Below, piece by piece: positions 1 through 3,656 of a stretch of DNA of 5,219 nucleotides. Under the pieces are notes generated by a model. The model was not told the origin of the DNA, did not search any database, and worked only from the letters and a program-made list of their open reading frames with translations. This stretch comes from a virus, in IMG/VR virus record IMGVR_UViG_3300045988_096283; one strand, 5' to 3'. Position 1 is the stretch's first letter. The number at the start of each line of letters is the position of its first letter. Both the position numbers and the translations under genes were made by a program.

Positions 1-55
1 CTGATCTTCCAATATTGTCGCCTGAGTGGATCGTTGAGGATAGGACTAATGTAGA
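1..55. repeat. Terminal overlap (left copy) of a circular genome; identical to 5165..5219
   Basis: CTGATCTTCCAATATTGTCGCCTGAGTGGATCGTTGAGGATAGGACTAATGTAGA occurs at 1..55 and again, base for base, at 5165..5219. The reading frame of the capsid ORF is continuous across the join. Unit length is therefore 5164 nt. Confidence 0.95.
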
Positions 56-176
56 TCGTGCGTTAGCTGTTACGTCTTCTGTTGCTAATCAGTTTTTCGG
101 TGATTTTTATGTCAAAAATTTGTGTACTCGTCCTATGCCTGTATTTAGTATACCAGGTTTAATAGATCATCATTAA
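1..176 (+). CDS. VP1: Major capsid protein VP1 (F-like), C-terminal segment. Continuation of 3649..5164 across the circular junction.
   Basis: Positions 1-2 complete the codon begun at 5164. The frame from 3 reads DLPILSPEWIVEDRTNVDRALAVTSSVANQFFGDFYVKNLCTRPMPVFSIPGLIDHH and stops at TAA 174..176. It has no start codon of its own, so it is absent from the ORF track. The C-terminal RPMPV..S.PGLIDH pattern is typical of gokushovirus VP1. Confidence 0.93.
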   Translation, partial: DLPILSPEWIVEDRTNVDRALAVTSSVANQFFGDFYVKNLCTRPMPVFSIPGLIDHH

Positions 177-204
177 TATTTTTAGATTTATTTTAATTTA
201 CTTC

Positions 205-233
205 TTGACATTTTGATTTATTTGATGTATAAT
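205..233 (+). promoter_or_regulatory. Consensus sigma70-type promoter: TTGACA (205..210), 17-nt spacer, TATAAT (228..233)
   Basis: Both hexamers match the consensus exactly and the spacer is the optimal 17 nt. An A/T-rich tract (177..204) lies upstream and is UP-element-like. The predicted start near 240 precedes AAGGAG (249..254) and ATG 265. TTAGATT occurs on both flanks (182..188 and 233..239). Confidence 0.7.
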
Positions 234-264
234 TAGATTATCAAGTGAAAGGAGATTTGAAATA

Positions 265-450
265 ATGAAAAAAAGATCTGTTGAAGGTTATGAGATTGGT
301 AGTGATTTTATTTCCTTTTTTACGAACGAAGGAGAAGTTATTGTTGAATTTAATAAATATCAGTTAGATTGTATTTCTGTTGAAATTCAAGATTATGGTT
401 ATAGTCCTTCTCTTTTAAATGTAATTTCGGAGGTAGAATATGAAGATTAA
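265..450 (+). CDS. Hypothetical small acidic protein (61 aa), accessory ORF A
   Basis: ATG 265 lies 10 nt after AAGGAG (249..254), directly downstream of the consensus promoter. Codons end mostly in T, as in the core genes. The protein has 13 D/E against 4 K/R. I recognise no family. Confidence 0.6.
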   Translation: MKKRSVEGYEIGSDFISFFTNEGEVIVEFNKYQLDCISVEIQDYGYSPSLLNVISEVEYED

Positions 451-658
451 ATTTAGAGTTTCAGGTGAAAATGGTTATTACACAAATGTTGTCTTAGATC
501 CATCTGATCCATATATGTCATATGGTACTTATCGTCGTTTGATTCGCGAGAATAATGGTTTTATTCCTCTTATTTTAGATCCGTCTGGTCTTTTGCGGAC
601 TAATCCTTATATTTTTGGTACTCCTGATGTATATTTGCCTTATGATTGCTCTTTTTAG
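440..658 (+). CDS. Hypothetical protein (72 aa), accessory ORF B, with internal LDPS repeat
   Basis: ATG 440 lies 6 nt after GGAGG (429..433) and overlaps ORF A by 11 nt, suggesting translational coupling. It shows T-ending codon bias. The protein is Y/P/G-rich and contains VVLDPSDPY and LILDPSGLL 27 codons apart. I recognise no family. Confidence 0.6.
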   Translation: MKIKFRVSGENGYYTNVVLDPSDPYMSYGTYRRLIRENNGFIPLILDPSGLLRTNPYIFGTPDVYLPYDCSF

Positions 659-662
659 GCTT

Positions 663-683
663 TGGAGGCCTTTTTGGCCTCCA
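663..683 (+). other. GC-rich perfect hairpin: TGGAGGCC / TTTTT loop / GGCCTCCA
   Basis: An 8-bp perfect stem (663..670 pairs with 676..683) with a 5-nt T loop, beginning 5 nt after the ORF B stop (656..658). No T-run follows it. Confidence 0.6.
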
Positions 684-707
684 GCTTGCAATGTTTCCTT
701 ATAAGTT

Positions 708-743
708 GCCTTGGCATAAGCAGAGCGATGCCCTTGCCAAGGC
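708..743 (+). other. Perfect 9-bp stem-loop: GCCTTGGCA / 18-nt loop / TGCCAAGGC
   Basis: 708..716 is the exact reverse complement of 735..743. An alternative inner pairing exists between GGCAT (713..717) and ATGCC (728..732). It lies 29 nt upstream of the VP2 start. Confidence 0.55.
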
Positions 744-771
744 TCTATTTTCACTTTTAAGAGGTGTTATT

Positions 772-1380
772 ATGGCTATGTATGATGATTTACTTAATTC
801 TATAAAAGAATCGTCTGCGGCTAACACAGCGCAGTCTCAGGCTTTCGCCCGTGAGGAGATGCAGTTTAATGCTGAACAGGCCGCCCTTACCCGTTCTTGG
901 CAAGAGAATATGTCCAATACAGCCCATCAGAGAGAAGTAAAGGATTTGATCGCCGCTGGTCTTAACCCTATTTTGTCCACTGGTGGACAAGGAGCGGCTA
1001 CTCCTTCCGGTGCTACTGCTACCGGTAAATCTGGTAAAGTTGATGAGTCTTATTCTTCTGCTATAGCTGGTTATCTTCAGTCTTTAATTGCTTCTGCTAC
1101 GCAAATTAATGCTGCGCAGATTAGTGCTAATGCTATGCTCGGTTCTGCTTCTATGAGTGCTGCTGCTTCTCGGTATGGTGCAGATCGCAGCTCCGCCGCT
1201 TCTATTTTAGGTTCAACGCTTTCGAGTAGTGCTTCCCGGTATGCTTCTAATAAGTCTTATGCGAGTAAGCGTGACTTTCCTTCAAGTCCTTTCTCCTTGC
1301 TTGGTTCAGTATATCAAGGTTATCAGAAGTATATTGGCCAACCTTTTGCGAACTTTATTAGTTCTTTATTTAAAAAGTAG
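772..1380 (+). CDS. VP2: VP2 minor capsid / DNA pilot protein (202 aa)
   Basis: ATG 772 is preceded by AAGAGGTG (759..766). The translation MAMYDDLLNSIKESSAANTAQSQAFAREEMQFNAEQAALTRSWQENMSNTAHQREVKDLIAAGLNPILS carries the MSNTAHQREV.DL..AGLNPIL block characteristic of gokushovirus VP2, followed by an A/S/G-rich tail. The track start at 646 is a TTG with no RBS and spans the two hairpins. Confidence 0.92.
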   Translation: MAMYDDLLNSIKESSAANTAQSQAFAREEMQFNAEQAALTRSWQENMSNTAHQREVKDLIAAGLNPILSTGGQGAATPSGATATGKSGKVDESYSSAIAGYLQSLIASATQINAAQISANAMLGSASMSAAASRYGADRSSAASILGSTLSSSASRYASNKSYASKRDFPSSPFSLLGSVYQGYQKYIGQPFANFISSLFKK

Positions 1381-1385
1381 TGTAT

Positions 1386-1407
1386 ACTGTCCTATAAATA
1401 GGACAGT
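1386..1407 (+). other. Hairpin ACTGTCCT / ATAAAT loop / AGGACAGT just after the VP2 stop
   Basis: ACTGTCCTAT (1386..1395) and ATAGGACAGT (1398..1407) are exact reverse complements. The realistic structure is an 8-bp stem with a 6-nt loop. Confidence 0.55.
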
Positions 1408-1412
1408 GCATT

Positions 1413-1462
1413 AGTCAGCCCAATTACCCTCTTGATGTAATTGGGCTGACTGACACCTTTTT
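1413..1462 (+). other. 14-bp perfect stem-loop followed by a T5 run; candidate terminator and/or origin hairpin
   Basis: AGTCAGCCCAATTA (1413..1426) is the exact reverse complement of TAATTGGGCTGACT (1438..1451). The 11-nt loop is CCCTCTTGATG. GACACC and then TTTTT (1458..1462) follow. This is the longest perfect inverted repeat I found in the window. Confidence 0.6.
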
Positions 1463-1597
1463 GAAAAAAGTAGTCTGACGTTGTATTTATTTTAGAATAA
1501 TATTAAAATATTTATTGAATTTAAAACACTTATTAAACGTTTATAGTGTATGTTATTAATATGAATTTTGCCGTTTTTTCCGGCTATGAGGTATATT

Positions 1598-1768
1598 ATG
1601 GATTATCTTGTTAGTTTGTATGATGTTTATAAAGATGATTATATAACTTTTCACTTTTATAGTGATTATGACGTTGCTTCTGATGATTTTTATGCTGATC
1701 TTGATGAGGCCGCATCTGATCGTGGTATAGATTTTTATCTTGTTGAAGAAGTTTTTGAAGGTTTTTGA
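1598..1768 (+). CDS. Hypothetical hyper-acidic, aromatic-rich small protein (56 aa), accessory ORF C
   Basis: ATG 1598 lies 6 nt after GAGG (1588..1591). The stop TGA (1766..1768) is 1 nt before the Rep ATG at 1770. T-ending codon bias is strong. The sequence is MDYLVSLYDVYKDDYITFHFYSDYDVASDDFYADLDEAASDRGIDFYLVEEVFEGF, with 16 D/E, 2 K/R and 14 Y/F. The start could instead be ATG 1586. The track start at 1568 is TTG. Confidence 0.55.
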   Translation: MDYLVSLYDVYKDDYITFHFYSDYDVASDDFYADLDEAASDRGIDFYLVEEVFEGF

Positions 1769-1769
1769 A

Positions 1770-2798
1770 ATGTGCAAACATCCTTTAAAAGGTTTTCCTA
1801 TAGGTATTTGGCCTGATTCTGGTAAATCTAAATATAAGATTGTTTCATATAATACTGATTTTGTTCGGTTTGATGGTGATCATTGGCATGCTCTGCAAGG
1901 TGTTCCTTTCGGTGATTACGTGTCTGATTTTATTGAAATTCCTTGCGGACAGTGTATTGAATGTCGTTTACAGTATGCCCGTGACTGGGCTAATCGTTGT
2001 ATGCTTGAAGCTCAGTATCATGATGAGAATTGGTTTTTAACGTTAACTTATGATGATGACCATCTTCCTGATCGGCATGAACTTGTAAATTGTGAGACCG
2101 GAGAAATAGTCCCCTCTCCTATTGTGTCGCTTGATAAGGATGAACTTTCTGCCTTTATGAAAAGGCTGCGGAAGAATACCGGTCAAAAGATTCGCTTTTT
2201 TGGTTGTGGCGAGTATGGTGATGAGACTCATCGGCCGCATTATCATGTTATTATCTTTGGTCTTCATCTTAATGATCTTAAGATATATAAAACTAATTTT
2301 CGCGGAGAGATCTTATATAACTCTCCTACTATTGATAAAGCTTGGCAGTATCGAGGTCATGCCGTTTTGGCTGAGTGCTCATGGGATACTTGTTGTTATG
2401 TAGCCCGTTATGTAACTAAAAAGTTGAAGGGTAAATCTTCTTACATTTATGAAGATTTAGGTATACAATCTCCCTTTGTTCGTATGTCTCGAGATCCCGG
2501 CATTGCCCGTTATTATTATGACGATAACAAAAGTAAAATATATGATTATGATAAAATTTTACTGTCAACTTCCGTTGGCGGTAGGTCTTTCAAGCCGCCT
2601 CGGTATTATGATAAGTTGTATGATGTGGAGTATCCTTCTGATATGGCTGCTATAAAATTGAATAGGCAGTATGTCGCAGAGAAGATAAAAAATAATAAGT
2701 TAAAAAGAACAGGTCTAAAGTATCTTGATTTGTTGGCCATTGAGGAGGATACTCTTATCAACCGTCTTGGTCATCTCAAAGAAAGGAGTAAAATATGA
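1770..2798 (+). CDS. VP4: VP4 replication initiation protein (rolling-circle HUH endonuclease, 342 aa)
   Basis: The rolling-circle Rep motifs occur in order: FLTLTY (2034..2051), HUH motif HYHVIIFG (2238..2261), and catalytic-Tyr motif YVARYVTKK (2397..2423). There is also a CGQCIECR cysteine cluster. The N-terminus MCKHPLKGF from ATG 1770 resembles the usual MC..P start of gokushovirus VP4. The track start at 1740 is a TTG with no RBS. Confidence 0.96.
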   Translation: MCKHPLKGFPIGIWPDSGKSKYKIVSYNTDFVRFDGDHWHALQGVPFGDYVSDFIEIPCGQCIECRLQYARDWANRCMLEAQYHDENWFLTLTYDDDHLPDRHELVNCETGEIVPSPIVSLDKDELSAFMKRLRKNTGQKIRFFGCGEYGDETHRPHYHVIIFGLHLNDLKIYKTNFRGEILYNSPTIDKAWQYRGHAVLAECSWDTCCYVARYVTKKLKGKSSYIYEDLGIQSPFVRMSRDPGIARYYYDDNKSKIYDYDKILLSTSVGGRSFKPPRYYDKLYDVEYPSDMAAIKLNRQYVAEKIKNNKLKRTGLKYLDLLAIEEDTLINRLGHLKERSKI

Positions 2799-2911
2799 GG
2801 CGAAGAAGAATGAGTAGGCGCAAAGATAAGAGAGTTTTTGCCCGTACCGCTGGCAAGACCAAACAAATTAATGTTAAACCCGGAGAATGGAGAGGAGGCA
2901 TAAGATTATGA
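2795..2911 (+). CDS. VP8: VP8-like small arginine-rich DNA-binding/packaging peptide (38 aa, phiX174 J analogue)
   Basis: It is not in the ORF track because it is too short. ATG 2795 lies 6 nt after AAGGAG (2783..2788) and overlaps the VP4 stop as ATGA. The translation is MRRRRMSRRKDKRVFARTAGKTKQINVKPGEWRGGIRL, with 15 of 38 residues K/R. The RGGIRL C-terminus and RR.S.R...R.F.RTA pattern match gokushovirus ORF8 peptides as I recall them. Confidence 0.8.
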   Translation: MRRRRMSRRKDKRVFARTAGKTKQINVKPGEWRGGIRL

Positions 2912-3147
2912 AATATGGTTTATATACTATGAAAGATGAGAAAGTGGGTTATCTTCAGGTTACTCAGGACGTTAATGATTATACAGCTGTTAGGAATTTT
3001 ACCCATGCTATAACGGCCGAAGGCTCTTTATTTAATGCTAATAAGAGTGATTTTAAGCTTTATAAGCTTGGTGAGTTTGATTCTGCTACTGGCGAGATAG
3101 TTCTTTGTCCTACTATTGAGCTTGTTTGTGATGGAGGTAGTTTATAA
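2908..3147 (+). CDS. VP5: VP5-like non-structural protein (79 aa)
   Basis: ATG 2908 overlaps the VP8 stop as ATGA and lies about 9 nt after GGAGG (2894..2898). MKYGLYTMKDEKVGYLQVTQDVNDYTAVRNFTHAI...SDFKLYKLGEFDSATGEI fits the conserved pattern Y...D.K...F..P....N...A.R.F ... DF.L...G.FD..TG.I that I associate with gokushovirus ORF5/VP5. The in-frame ATG at 2887 has its GGAG only 1 nt upstream, so it is disfavoured. Confidence 0.72.
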   Translation: MKYGLYTMKDEKVGYLQVTQDVNDYTAVRNFTHAITAEGSLFNANKSDFKLYKLGEFDSATGEIVLCPTIELVCDGGSL

Positions 3148-3656
3148 TGGATTATCGCACTCAATTTGATGAGCATGAAAGGTTTATTTGTGAGTCTGGA
3201 CGTGAAGAATATGAAGTATATACCGTTGATGATGATGGCAATCCTGTTGTGATTGGTGTTAATAATAGGTATGAGGAGATTCAGTCTCATAGAGAGTCCG
3301 TGGAGCTTTCTGTTCTTTTGCAGCGTTATGCGCAAGGTGATGAAACTGCTCTTAATAAGGTTCATGGTGTATATGAGGATATTGTTGATTCTCCTAAGAC
3401 CCTCGCCGATATTTATGAGTATGTTAAAGACGCTGAGAATAGTTTTAATGGCTTACCCCCCGGACTTAGAGATCTTTTCAATAATTCCCCTGTTGAATTC
3501 TGGCGGCAAGCCGGAACGCCTGAATTTCTTGAGAAGTTTGATAAATTTACTGCTGCCGAAGGATCTAAGAAAAAGGCAGCTAATAGCTCTAATAATAGCG
3601 GCAGTAATAACGATGGTAATTCGTCTAGTGGAAATGGAGGTACTTTGAATGAATAG
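3147..3656 (+). CDS. VP3: VP3 internal scaffolding protein (169 aa)
   Basis: ATG 3147 overlaps the VP5 stop (TAATG) and lies 9 nt after GGAGG (3133..3137). RYEEIQSHRESVELSVLLQRYAQGDETALNKVHGVYEDIVDSPKTLADIYEYVKDAENSFNGLPPGLRDLFNNSPVEFW matches the gokushovirus VP3 pattern (..IQSH...V.....L.R...GD...LN...G.Y.D....PK.L.....F..LP...R..FNN.P.EF). Its position immediately upstream of VP1 is the canonical one. Confidence 0.88.
   Translation: MDYRTQFDEHERFICESGREEYEVYTVDDDGNPVVIGVNNRYEEIQSHRESVELSVLLQRYAQGDETALNKVHGVYEDIVDSPKTLADIYEYVKDAENSFNGLPPGLRDLFNNSPVEFWRQAGTPEFLEKFDKFTAAEGSKKKAANSSNNSGSNNDGNSSSGNGGTLNE

Noticed and set aside
663-683. GC-rich hairpin after ORF B as a rho-independent terminator
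   Set aside because: No U-tract follows the stem on either strand. It is retained only as a structured element of unknown role.
646-771. N-terminal extension of VP2 from the TTG at 646 or the ATG at 691
   Set aside because: Neither start has an SD. The extension would be translated through two perfect hairpins, and the ATG at 772 has a strong AAGAGGTG just upstream. The conserved VP2 sequence begins after 772.
1515-1547. TTGAAT (1515..1520) with TATAGT (1542..1547) as the promoter for the Rep module. Also TTGAAA (1461..1466), N17, TATTTA (1484..1489).
   Set aside because: The first pair has a 21-nt spacer, which is too long. The second has a poor -10 that lacks the conserved final T. A promoter probably exists somewhere in 1460..1597, but I cannot place it from sequence alone.
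1561-1614. 17-codon mini-ORF (MNFAVFSGYEVYYGLSC) from ATG 1561
   Set aside because: It is very short, has no SD and is out of frame with ORF C, which it overlaps. Nothing distinguishes it from chance.
1740-1769. TTG start at 1740 for VP4, and likewise TTG 1568 for ORF C and ATG 2887 for VP5
   Set aside because: The TTG starts lack an RBS. 1740 would overlap ORF C by 29 nt, whereas ATG 1770 gives the MC..P-type N-terminus usual for this Rep family. ATG 2887 has its GGAG only 1 nt away, whereas ATG 2908 has optimal spacing and an ATGA coupling overlap.
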